DNA of 64,000 nt from Camelus dromedarius (taxonomy: Eukaryota): contig NC_087438.1 of assembly GCF_036321535.1 (NCBI RefSeq), positions 5,892,001-5,956,000 on the forward strand. The letters are read 5' to 3'. The notes under the pieces are model-generated. The model did no database searches. It had not been told where the DNA came from and worked only from the letters and a program-made list of their open reading frames with translations. Positions 1 to 11,576 of this stretch are shown here, in pieces (positions within the stretch are counted from its first letter, which is position 1; each line of letters opens with the position of its first letter). The position numbers were made by a program, and so were the translations under genes.

Positions 1-229
1 TTTGTGCAGTCTGGTTTCAGTCAGTGCAGCTTAACCACTGGGCTATAACACTTCTTTTCTGTGAGAGTGTGTGTGTGTGTAAATGCCACAGCTAGAGATG
101 AGTCCCAGCTGACATCTAAAGCCTAGTGAAACAGCTGGGGCTGGAGACAGTCCAGGCTGCGAAAGGCTTAGAAGTGTGAAAAGAGCATGGTACTTTTAGG
201 ATGAGGAAGTCCTAAAGTGTGCCCTGAGA

Positions 230-443
230 AACAGGACAAGGGAATGAGACAGTTGAGCTGACAGGTTAGCAAGATGCCAGTCCCAGAAGTCCTTAGACTC
301 CTGTTAAAGAGTTTGGGTTGTACCCTAGGGCAGTAAGGGGGAAACATTTGAAAGACTTTAAAGTACCAGAAGAACATGACCAGAGTTGCATTTAGAACAA
401 TCACGGTGATGGCAGGCTGAAAGGTAGGTGGGGAGGATGAATG
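230..443 (-). mobile_element. L2 LINE fragment; continues at ~1082-1190 and ~2117-2440, interrupted by LTRs
   Basis: 'gggggaaacatttgaaagactttaaagtacc...gaacatgaccagagttgcatttagaacaatcac' resembles the antisense L2 3' region; similarity resumes right after the LTR at 1078. Confidence 0.6.
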
Positions 444-1077
444 TGATACAAGAAAAAAAAGTGTGGGGCAAGAAGATGACTGTGTCCCAGGTCTTGGTTG
501 AGTCCCCGGGGGGGCGTCCCCCACCAAGTGTGGGTCCTTGGCTTCATGCAGGAAAGAATTCAAGGGCAAGCCATAGTTGAGTAAAGGTAGATTTATTCAG
601 AGAGATACACACTCCATAGACAGAGTGCAGGCTGTTTCAGAAGGCAAGAGAAAGGTGTGGGAGGTGCTTAATTCAAAGTAAAAGTAGATACGCTCCATAG
701 ACAGAGTTTGGTCCATCTCACTCAGAAAGGAGAACGGCCATGGGGTGTGGGGTTGTTAGTTTTTATGGGTTCGGTAGCTTCATATGCTAACAAGTGGGAG
801 GCTTATTCCAACTGCTTTGGAGAAGGGGCGGGGATTCCCAGGAATTGAGTCACCGCCTACTTTTTGACCTTTTATGCTCAGCCTCCGAACTGTCATGGTA
901 CCTCTGGGATTGCATATACCATGTAAATATATTACAGTGAGTATATAGTGAAGCTCAAGTTCTCCCGGGAGTCAAATGTCCGCCCATCTTGGGCCTCTAG
1001 GCCTGTTGGGAGTTGAATTTTTCGCCACCTTGGTGTTAATTGCTCTGTTATTTCTTGAATGGCTGTGCCCTGTATCA
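444..1077 (-). mobile_element. ERV1 solo LTR, MER41-like
   Basis: Perfect 7-bp terminal inverted repeats TGATACA...TGTATCA. 4-bp TSD AATG at 440-443 and 1078-1081. AATAAA on minus strand near 592-597. Minus-strand 'ccatgacagtt...aattcctgggaatccccgcccctt...cccacttgttagcatatga...cataaaaactaacaacc' parallels the MER41 consensus. Confidence 0.85.
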
Positions 1078-1695
1078 AATGGAGAGACTGATTAGGAAAT
1101 GTTCAGTTTTCCAAAGAAAACATGGGAAAAACAACAGTGGTGATCTGGGGAGTTAGAGCAAGGAGTGTGAATTAGAAGGATTTGGAAAGAGATTTATTCT
1201 AAAAAATTCTAAAATACTAGTATTTTTTTTCTTTTCTGGAGATAATAAATAGCCAAGGATTTAAGTGATGAATAGCTGGGGCTGAAAAACTAGAAGCCTC
1301 GAAAATGTTGCCGACTTAAAGCAAAGTGAAACAGTATGTTCAGGACATTAGGTCAGTAAAACCAGAAATTAAAGGAGGAGAAGAGACGGTCATCGGGACT
1401 AAAAACTCTGAAAGACCATTGATTTCTGAAGCTAAGACTTTATTTTTTAACATTCCCTGGAGGGTGTGTTTTTGGGGTGGGGTGGGAGTTTGGGTAAACA
1501 CTTAACAACAAAAAGAAACCCTCGTGATTTGGTATTACACATTCCTCATCTGCCATCTCCTCCCTCCCTGTGCCCAGGACCCTCAAGAACCGCCCTGATG
1601 CTCGCAGGCCCGCCAGCTGAGAGCAGACTCATCCCTTCAGCAGCCCCTGCTTAACCCTGGGAGTCACCTGTTTCCCTCCAGAAGGACTTTTGTTA

Positions 1696-2116
1696 TGTGA
1701 ACGAAAAATATTGCAAACCGTATCAGTAAACAAAAAATGCTGAAGCCATCAAGTCAACAGCATCTGCCGTCACCCCCACAGTGAAGACAAGCCTGCAGCC
1801 CGGCCTCTGCAGCCACTCACAGTGGTACAGTCTGAGGGGACTCAGAATAAGAAAGGACAGGACATTGACCCTCAACAGCTCGGTGCTTGTCAAAGGAATG
1901 AATTCAATGCTCCCGCCCATGCATAGAAAAGCACTAACATCTTTAACTTGAGATGATTGGTTTTCTTTAGTTAATAGTAATCTTTTAATGTTCCTGTCCC
2001 TCAGAGCGATCTGAGAGGCTGTCATCCAGGGCTGGAAGGGGTTCAAGTCCTCAGAAATGTCCTCCGAATAAAACATAACTCTCAACTTTTAGGTTGTGCA
2101 TTTATTTCAGTCGACA
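1696..2116 (+). mobile_element. ERV1-type solo LTR (family not assigned)
   Basis: TG...CA termini (ends 'ttcagtcgaca'), AATAAA at 2067-2072 about 45 bp before the end, ~420 bp long. TSD not resolved, so the left end is uncertain. Confidence 0.65.
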
Positions 2117-2452
2117 AGAGGTTGGGGAGAGAAGGAAGTGGCAAATGAGTCTGAGAATGGGCAGTTAGGAAACTCAGGAGTGTGATGCACTATGGAACCA
2201 TTAAGTGTTTCAGGGAGAATGTGGGAGGCATCTGGGTCCATCACTGCGATAGGTGAAGTCAGAGTCAAACTGAGAAGTACATAAGATTTTCCAATATTCA
2301 GGTCTTAACTGACAAGCAGTTGTAGTAAGTGGTGGGCACAGAAGCCTGACGAGAATGGTGGTAAAAAAATTTGGAAGGGGGAGAATGGGAGTCCCTGGGT
2401 ATTAACATACAATCAACTGGAATGCAGGAATTCAAGTTCAAGACAATGAAAG

Positions 2453-3051
2453 TGAGACAGGAGGGGAGGGGGCAGGGCACAGCCATCCAAGGAATGACAT
2501 ATCAATTAACTCCGAAATGGCAGAAGATTCAGCTCCCATTAGGCCTTGAGGCTCAGGATGGCAGGAGTTGACTTCCAGCAGACTTTGAGCTTCATTGTAC
2601 GCTCATTGTAATATATTAGCGTGATAAGTAACATGCCCACGGGCTCCATGACAGTTTCAAGTTTAGCCACAGAAAGTCAAAGTGGGGGTGACCCAATTCC
2701 TGGGAATCCCAGCCCCTTTACAGGGGTAGTTGGAATGGTCCTCCCACTTGTTAGCATATGAAGCTATGGAGCCCCATTAAAAACTAGCAACATTGCGCCT
2801 GGTGGTCACATCTCTCGCTCCCTCCTCTTTGGAGATGGCCTGCACGCTGTCTATGGAGTGTGTACGTACTTTTACTTTAACCTGATCACCCAACCCCCAC
2901 ACCTTGTGGCCTTTCTCATGACTTTTGAAACGGCCTTAACTCTAAATCTACCTTTACTCAACTGTGGCTTGCTCCGGGGCACGTCCCAGGGGCTCCACTG
3001 AGACCTGGGACACGACCATCCTCACACCCCACATCCATTTTTCTTGCATCA
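2453..3051 (+). mobile_element. ERV1 solo LTR, MER41-like (inverted relative of 444-1077)
   Basis: Collinear with the reverse complement of 444-1077 (shared 'cagggcacagccat', 'aattcctgggaatccc', 'cctcccacttgttagcatatgaagcta', 'aaatctacctttactcaact'). Termini TGAGACA...TGCATCA. TSD not clean. Confidence 0.85.
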
Positions 3052-3989
3052 AGATTAAATAAGTGGATCTTTAAATTTAGAGAGCTCAAGAAAAGATAAT
3101 GAAATTAAGTGGAAGGAACGAAATGAGGAAAAATCAGACAGAATAGAAAATTTTTAAGTTAATCAGTAAAGCCCAGATCCATGTTCTTTGAAATGACAAA
3201 TAAAGACAATGAAGAAAAAGAAGAAATAAGCGTCGTGATCAGAAAGGGGAGCATAACTGTAGATATGAGGATTTTTTTTTAAATCTGGAAGAATAGAACA
3301 TCCAATACTAGATTAGATCTACTGGCCCTCAGCATCCATTTCTACATTCTCATGGAGGAAGAGTCATGGGGTCTGGGGCCTGAATATTTAGGAGCTATAG
3401 CACAGTGGACACAGCAGAGCACAGTGGTTAAAAATAGAGACTTCAGAGAACACAGACATACACATCAAAGTGGCTTATTGCCTCAAAACCAAGTAAGATT
3501 GAACATGTTTAAAATTCTTTAACTAATAGGATTGATAAACTTTCTCTACCCAAATAGGAACATTAATGCAAATGCTAACAAATGTCATGTTAGGAATATA
3601 TGCTGATGTTAAATCAGTTGCAGATTTTCATGTTTATCTAATGCTAATGCTATCCAAATACTGTCTTTGACATCTTGTAGATTTTAGTCATGCAAAGTAT
3701 TAGATGTGATATATGTGTAAGTTATGACATATAATAAAATGAACACCCACAAAGTCACTACCCAACTTAACAGGCAGAGCTGTTAGATCTCTCTCTGTGA
3801 CTATCTTAAGGCTCTTTCTGAGCTCATCCCCCTGTTTCATCCCTCGAGGAAACCAATAACCTGTGCATTATGTTTATTATTACCTGAATATTTTAGTTCT
3901 GATTTTAATGTTTATAATTTTACACCATTAAGAATGATCCTTTCAATATATGCTTGGGATAAATAGATTTTATCAGATAAATAGGTTTC

Positions 3990-5940
3990 ATTCAATTTCT
4001 TGACTTCTAAAATTATATATTTTCACAAATCATGTACAGGCATTAAATACTATTTTTTCATCTGTTGAAATAATCATGTTTTTTCTCCTTTAATTGGTTC
4101 ATGTGGGAATGACATTTACAGATGTGTCTAGTTATAAATTTGCATTCCAAGTAAAAAACCCAATTTAATTTTTTAAATATACTGAAGGACTCACTTTGGT
4201 AATTTTTGTATAAATGTTTTAAACTTTATTGAAAAGTGAGATTGAGCTGTATTTTTTTTAAACTCATACTGTTCTTGCCTAGTGTCAAGTTTATTGCCCA
4301 CTATATACACTGATTTCAAGAATACAAGCTCTTATTTGAGTTTGGATGAGTTGTGAATGATCTATTTTTGAAATTTAGGCAGAATTCACCATAGATTTAT
4401 CTTAGCCTGCTATTTTCTTAATGGAAATACTTGGAACCACTGATTCAGTTTTTCAATAGTTATATAGCCCCTTACGCTGTCCACCTCTTTTTGAGTTAGT
4501 TTGAGTATGTAATTGTATGGAAAAGTTAACATAACTGGCCTGAGATTGCTTTCCTTAACAAAGGCCCTTGTCTGGAACTGGGAACGTGGATTTGTGGAAG
4601 AGTCCCACTATTTCCCAAGCTGCTTAGGGTGACTCATTTTGCCTAATCTGTTTGTGAAAACAGTGTGGTTTAAGCTGATCACCTGTTTTCCTTCTAGGGC
4701 TCTGGAATTTGGGTAACAGCTGGCAGAGCGCCCATGTGACCAGCTCCCAGTGAAGACTTCGAGCACTGGGTCTGTCCTAAGCTTGCCTGGTAGACAACAC
4801 TTCACCTGTGTTGTCACCACTCTTTCCTTGAGGAATGAAACCTGTCCTGTGGGACTCCACTGGGAGAGGACTCGTGGAGACTTGTGCCTGGCTGCCTCCT
4901 GACTCCAGCCTGTGGCCTCTCCTTTGCTCATTTTGCTTTTTATCTTTTTGCTATAATACATCACAGCCCGGAGTATGACTATATGCTGAGCCCTGTGAGC
5001 TGTCCTAGCAAATCATCAAACCCAGGGGTGGCCTGGGGGCCACGCAACAGAGTAATATATTCCTAGAAAATTTTCTGTTTAATCTACAGTTTCTAATTTA
5101 CTGTCGTAAATGTGTTCATAGTACCCATGATATCTTTGTCGTTTCTCTTTTGTAAGTAAATATGTTCCTTTTATATTAAATGTTTCAAATTTAATATTAC
5201 TTATTCAGACATTTTTCTTTTTTCCTAATTCATTCGTAAAAGTTCATCCATTTCTTTAGTCATTTTGAAGAAACTTCTTTTGGATGTGTTGATCCCTTTT
5301 ATTGCGTCTTGGCTTCCTATTTCATTGCTCTTTGCTCTTATATTAATTATCTTCCATTTTCTTTGGTCTTATTCTTCTGTTTTCTTATCTAACTGAAGAC
5401 CTACATTTAACTCATTGATTATCAGCCCCTTCTCTTCTAACATGACTATTTTAAACTATACATTTGTCTCTAAGTTATTTTAATGTCTTCCACAGATTTT
5501 GATTTGTAATATTTTCATTACTGTTGAGGTATAATCATATTAAGTTTTCATTATTATGTCTTCCTGGACCGTTAAATATTTATGTGTGTGTTTTAGTTTC
5601 TGCAAATATGAGATATTTTTGTGTATTTTATGTTATTAACCTCTGATTTAATTTAAATTATTTTTAGAGCATATATTTAATTCTCTAAATTTTTTGGTAA
5701 CTTTATTTAGGCCTAGTTTATGTTCAGTCTCTTTTAAAGTTTCAAGTGTGTTTATGAAGAATATTTATTTATGATTTGTCAGGTAGACAATTATATATAT
5801 ACATACACACCCCTATTAAGTCAAATATTAATTATATATTTGAGATCTATAATTTGCCTAGTTTTCTGACTACTTAACCTAAAAATTATTAAAATACATA
5901 TGTTATATTTCCCCCATAATGATGTTTGTGTCCTCTTATC
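3990..5940 (-). mobile_element. Old L1 (L1M) ORF2 fragments, interrupted by a MER21-like LTR
   Basis: T-rich antisense L1 ORF2-like sequence ('catctgttgaaataatcatgttttttctcc', 'ccacagattttgatttgtaatattttcatt') on both sides of the LTR. Confidence 0.65.
4514..5051 (+). mobile_element. ERVL-class solo LTR, MER21-like
   Basis: 5-bp TSD GTAAT at 4509-4513 and 5052-5056 (5 bp is typical of ERVL). 3' half 'gactccactgggagaggactc...gagtatgactatatgctgagccctgtgag...ctagcaaatcatcaaaccc' matches MER21. Confidence 0.85.
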
Positions 5941-6214
5941 TCTGTAGCTTTTCCCGAGTCCAGAACTTAGTCTTCTGAGAACATCACTGACACTAGATTA
6001 GCCGTTGGGGAAACACTGCGTTTTGCATTTGTTCACTTCCCCTACACTCTTATGAGGTTTAAGCTGACTTTTCTTTTTTCTTTCCTGAAAGAAACTGGGA
6101 ATGGTTATGATGGGAGCTTTCTCTCACTTATGGCAAGTTCAGTGTGGCAGATTGAATCACTGGTCCTGAGTCTCTGCTCTGGAAAATGGCCTCACGCCAG
6201 GCAGCATACACTAG

Positions 6215-6650
6215 CACACCACCTGATTCTAGGCTTGTCCGTGCCCCTTGCTTTGGTCAATAGGACAGTAGTAGATTTGATGCAAATGGAGGTTTGAATG
6301 GTACTTGTGTGGCCAAGCTTGCCCTCTTGAACTCCAGTGATCTGCCATGAGAAGTCTACACCCCAGGCAAACACTGACCCTTCAGCCTGGACCCCAGAAT
6401 GAGACACATGTTACAGACCAGATGCTGTGAGCAGAAGCTGGTCCATGGAGAATAAGCAAAACATGAAATAACGTTGAACCTTACCTTCAGCCTGGATCCT
6501 AGAACCCAGACCCTAGATAGAGTTGAGTCTTCCCTGGCCAAGGTGAAGTTAACTCATAGATCAATGAGCATAAGACTAATTTATTGTTATTTCAAGCCCC
6601 TGGAGTTGGGGTGATTTGTTACACAGTGCAGTTGAGCCTTTATGTAGCCA
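6215..6650 (+). mobile_element. MaLR LTR (MLT1I/J-like)
   Basis: 'ctgccatgagaag...cccttcagcctggaccccagaatgagacacatg' and 3' 'tttcaagcccctggagttggggtgatttgttacacag' are typical of MLT1. Confidence 0.7.
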
Positions 6651-7112
6651 ATATACCCAGCAAATCATTAAAAATATGTTTTGTTTGGTGTATAGATATT
6701 TAAGCAAGGAAGGAGAGTTCACAATATCTGCTAGAAACAATTTTTCATTACTTGATCCTGCTTCCTGCAGTGATGTATGCTCCTTCATACAAAAGAGTTA
6801 GCTGGAAAAGCCTTAGCCTACACATCAAGCTATGTAACAAAATTACATACATTAATAATTTATATGATTACATACACAGCAAATTGCAAGTAACACAGAG
6901 CAAGGCTGCAGTGTGTTTCTGGTATCAACCACCAGCCAGCCCAGCCTGACCAGCTGTTAGGTGCTGCTTGGGGCCCGCTGAGCAACAACCACCCTACGTG
7001 CTTAGACAGTCTAGGCTTCTTAGGACAGAACTGAGATTGCTCTAGGTCAGCTCTAGTAATTCAACGGCACCTGCCAGAGACTGAGACACGTGACCTACTT
7101 CTTGTCCATGAC

Positions 7113-7285
7113 ATAATAACTATCACTTACTGAGCCTTTATGACGTCCCAGGCACTGTGCTAAAGACGTTTCATGGATTGACCCAATCTCCAAAGCAATT
7201 TAGAGACTCGCACTAATCCTATCCCATTGCCCTGAGTTGTGTAGCAATAAACGGCAGGGATTAGAATATAGACCCAGGGGACCTT
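7113..7285 (-). mobile_element. MIR SINE fragment
   Basis: 'cacttactgagcc...ccaggcactgtgctaaag' is the reverse complement of the MIR 3' end. Confidence 0.65.
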
Positions 7286-7319
7286 CAGGGTCTGCACTAG
7301 TTGTGACTCTCTTTTGCCA

Positions 7320-7670
7320 TCCATGCATTCATTCACCCAGCCAGCAGACTGACATCCATGGAGAGTCTGCCTGCCGCAGCATGTGCAGGGGCAGTAGGGG
7401 GACAGATAAGAACACAAGGGCCCCCCCCACCTCCCTGAGATTTACACTTTAGTCAGGAAAAAAAAAGAGAACATGTTAACAAGTGAACAAGGTGTGTGTA
7501 TAATGTCAAAATGGGTGAGAGAGAGTCAGAGAGGCCGGAGTGGTGGGTTTGGAGTTTGTTGTAAGTGGGACTGTCAGGAAGACTTCTCTGAGTAGATGCC
7601 ATTTGAGCAAAGAGTAGATTAGAGGACAGGAGTGAGCCATGTCAAGATCTTGAGGAAGAGCATTTTAGAG
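7320..7670 (-). mobile_element. L2 3' fragment
   Basis: 'cattcattc' tail plus 'gtcaggaagacttctctgagtagatgccatttgagc...gtgagccatg...ggaagagcatt'. Confidence 0.65.
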
Positions 7671-10622
7671 ACAATCTGTGTTGTACCATTTGATTCTTGG
7701 CATCAGACGATATTCGTAATTACAGAGATTTTTGAAACTTCATTGCCTGGACTACTATCTACATTCTGTTTCTCTATCGTCTTTATTGCAACTGGCTATT
7801 GACACGGTTCTGCTTAAGTGCACTGTGCACTGCCAATTCCAGTCATATCAGTGACTGCTGGGTGGGGTTTTGCAAGCCTGCGTGATTCTAGGCAGGGAAA
7901 AGATCATCTTCCTGTCTGAGGCATGACTTCAACACTCTGCCTCTTTTATTTAAAATATGAAACCAATGCCAGGAAAAAAAAAAAACTGCACACTCAACAC
8001 AAATGTTGCTTAAAATTCCAGATCTTCTGCCAAACAATTTTTCCTCAATTATCTCACTTACTCCTCATAACCACCCTGTGATGTGTCTGCTGTGAAAACC
8101 CTTAAGATTTGGCCATTACCTCTCACTATAGACCTGCCATAGAGCAGTCATTAGAAGGCACCTTCTCTGTAGCCTACTCTTTCACTGTTCATGCTCGCTT
8201 TCCATGGATTTTAGGGTTGGCTAACACCTCTGCTATGAATGTATTTTAGAATGTAAAAGTAAAACTGAGATATGCTTGAGAGAGACTTTAGTTTGGGAGA
8301 GCAGGATTTTGACAAAATTAGTACTTATCTCCATCATTCTTAGGGTAGATGGAGAGAAAATATCTGCCTAGAAGAATTTTTTCCTCAAGATTGCCAAACC
8401 TACAAAAAATGCAGTGGTAGCAGGAAGGAGGCCCAGGTAAACACAGCTTTCTAGGCCTTTCTACTAAATGTAAGGCTTAAAATTCCTTTACTAGCAGAGG
8501 GTAGAGTCATACCTGGCATATAATAACTGCTCAGTTAATATTTGAGGTCTAAGGTAACACTTGTGGGAGTATTTTGTGAAATGTCTTCATTACGTGTGTG
8601 TGCAAAGAACGTTAGGGCCTTAAGTTTTACCTCTAGATTTGTTAGTGTTCTCACTGAAATATAACATATACACCAAATAAATATCGAATAAATGCAAGAA
8701 TCCCAATGCTGCGAAGCTTAATACATGTTATTCATCTTCTTTCATTTTCCTTCTGGCTACTTTGTTGCTCAATAGTTCTTCTTCCTACTGGTAGAATAGT
8801 AAAGACAAAAGAAAATTCTAATGATTTTTTTCCTACCCTTATAGGTTTCAGTCATTGTAACCACAGAATAGAGCAGAATAAAGTGTTCCCCTCCATATCA
8901 CTTCTCCTATTTATAATTTTGCTTTTTGTTTGTTTGCAATAATAGGTAGTTTTATATGGACAAAATTCATAAGGTTTATATACAAAAAAATCCATTTCTG
9001 TTGTCTCCCAGTCTTGCTGTTCCTCTCCCTGAATTCAATCCATGTTAAGCATTTTGTTTGTTTTTGACAAGTAATAATAGATTTTTTTCAAAGTGTTTTG
9101 GGGGGAAGTTGTGTTTGAACACCTGTTCAGTTTAATTAACATCATGTAGTATAGAGTGAGTAATGTCTATTCTGATCATTACTTACTCTCCTACATAGAC
9201 GTGGAAACATCTTGTTTTGTTAAGGATAACGAATCTGTACTGATACTTCTCAAAGAAGTGAACATATAAGGTATTTTAAAATGTACTTTAGTTTTGGAAA
9301 AATGTCTCTTGTTATATACTGTTAAAATGTTTATGTAAATTTAAATAGTACAAAGTTACAACCTATGGGTTATATTCCGTGAAAGTGTCTTAGCTACCTG
9401 GACTGAGATCCAAATTGAAAAAAAAAAACAAAACAGGTCATTAAATGGATAAATTGAACTCAAAGGTCTCTACCCGGATGCTCTGCAACCTCAAGACCTT
9501 CCACTGATATCTGAAAGTCCTTCCAACTTTGGGAAGGGAAAAAAGTATTGGCATTTAGTTCAGGCCCATACAAGATAAAGTGAAGAGGACCATTTGGCTT
9601 CTGAAGGGTAGATGGTCATGGGTTTACATTTTAGATAGGATTTCTAAGAGAGTGATTTAAATATGAGTTTTTAGTGTGGAACTCTTAATGAATTCTCACT
9701 CTTCTTTTTGACCTTGGCTCATGTCCCTGCCCAGCTGGAGGCTCTCATTTTAATGAGACAATATTGCAATTCTGAGCAGCAGGCCCTGCTTTGAAACAGT
9801 CCCGCCCTCTTGCAAAAAAGCTCAAAGCTGCTGTCATGAAAGTACAGCCGATTAAGAAATTATTCCTTCAAATGAAGAAAAAAAAGTTCCATAAGGGGCT
9901 TAGCATTGAGAAAGTTTAATTTTAAAAGAAAAAATCCCCCCTCCTTTAATCTCCCTCGATGTCCTGACTTTGAAGATGCTTACATCAGCAGTGACCATGG
10001 TTCTATGCTTTATTTTCAGTCACCATCTTATTTTTCTGACTCTAATTTGCATTTCATAAAGATAACAGGCAAAGGCATTTCTGGCCTTCTGAATAATTAA
10101 TTGTAACTTTCTAGCAGTGCATTTCAAAAGGCCAGGAGGGAGAAAGTATTCACAATAAAAGCTGAAGAGTAGGGATGTGACTTACCGAATTCTCCCAGCT
10201 ATTCAGACATATTCATGGACCACCTAAACTTGGAAGTTTACCTAATCCTAATTCTATCCCTGAATGAATTCTGTCCCATATTATTGAGCTTGAATTAAAG
10301 GTGCCTTTTGTATCTATTTGACAGAGGAGAGCTTTTTGTAGTAAAATATTTTATTGGTTGAGTGTTAATGATCAGTTCTAAGAATGGCCCCAACAGAAAT
10401 TGACCCGAGTTTGCTCAAGTTTGATTCTACTTTTGTACTTTGCATGATAATTACTTTCAGATTCTGGAAACAAATAAGTTATATGCTATTTGTTTGTGAA
10501 ACTTCTATAAGAGTAAATGGTAGACTTTAAATATATTACATATATAAAGATTTAATTCCAATTTAACTTTTAAACATTCTTAAAAAATCTTTGCTGAACT
10601 GTTGTCCTTACAATTTCCTCAA

Positions 10623-11097
10623 TGTAAAGGCAATACAAATTAAACTTAAGAGCTTTAATTCTCCTTATGGAAAATAGAAAGATGTCTCCCCCTCTTAGAG
10701 CATTTACTTAAGAAAGCCCGTAGCTGTAAGTACTTTCTCTGTCTCTTTGAAATGTATGTAAATCTTATTACAAGCTACATAGGCCTCTTGACAACTTTAT
10801 AACCTCAGAATATCTTTTTCCAGCACCTGGGAGCCATCTCCTTGAAATGAAAGCATCTAGGAAGACACGTCCCTATTTCCCACTTTCAGTGATAGGGGAA
10901 GAACCTAACCTTGGTGGGCACCTGGCTCCAACTTTCAAAACTGCCTCTGTCATAAAAATACAAGGAATTTATTTTTCCTTTAAATAAAGCCAATCAAGTA
11001 ACAGATGGTAACCCTTATTACCAAGTGTATTTAGGATGAACTATGTGTGACAAATAGCCCTGTCAGTTTAAGGACTAGTTATTGTTTATCTTGAGAA
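10623..11097 (+). mobile_element. MER34-like ERV1 solo LTR, 5' part
   Basis: Starts with TG after TCAA (10619-10622). 'tgaaatgtatgtaaatc', 'cctgggagccatctccttgaaatg' and 'ttaggatgaactatgtgtgacaaat' are MER34-like. Broken at AGAA by the provirus. Confidence 0.8.
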
Positions 11098-11576
11098 TGT
11101 AGGAAAGAATTTTTCTCTCACTTTCCAAGGTTCCTTTCGCTGGTCTAATTATCAAATCAACATAAGAGAGAGTAACAGGGGGAGAAATCAAATTTAATTC
11201 TTATGTAGGGGAACACCACATACATGAGATAATCAAAGACAGGACAATAAAATGAGGTACATATACCATCCTAAGCTAAGAAATGGGGTAGGGGTCTCAG
11301 GTTTCTAAGGACAGAAGGGTAATTTACAGGCTGACCAGGAAAAGAGCCGATGTTGGGTGATTTTTTGCCCTGCCATATAGATAGGCCATTCAGATAAAGT
11401 TTATCTCTGGTAATAACAATTATTCTGGAAAGACTCTCAATTTAAATACTTTTAGATAGCTATGGGCGGAGGCAGAGTTTTCTCTTGAGCCCACAGGGTT
11501 TTGATTGACTTTAGCTTAGAATACTCCACATGCCATAGTGGCGTATTTTGGGGGAGGCTTATTCTGAACTCCCTCA
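11098..11576 (-). repeat. 3' LTR of the provirus
   Basis: TG...CA termini; alignable along its length to 17690-18176 (e.g. 'tggtctaattatcaaatc', 'ctggtaata', 'tccacatgcca'). Confidence 0.85.

Noticed and set aside
168..569. 133-aa ORF
   Set aside because: Runs across an LTR/L2 junction, starts at a non-ATG codon, and shows no recognisable domain.
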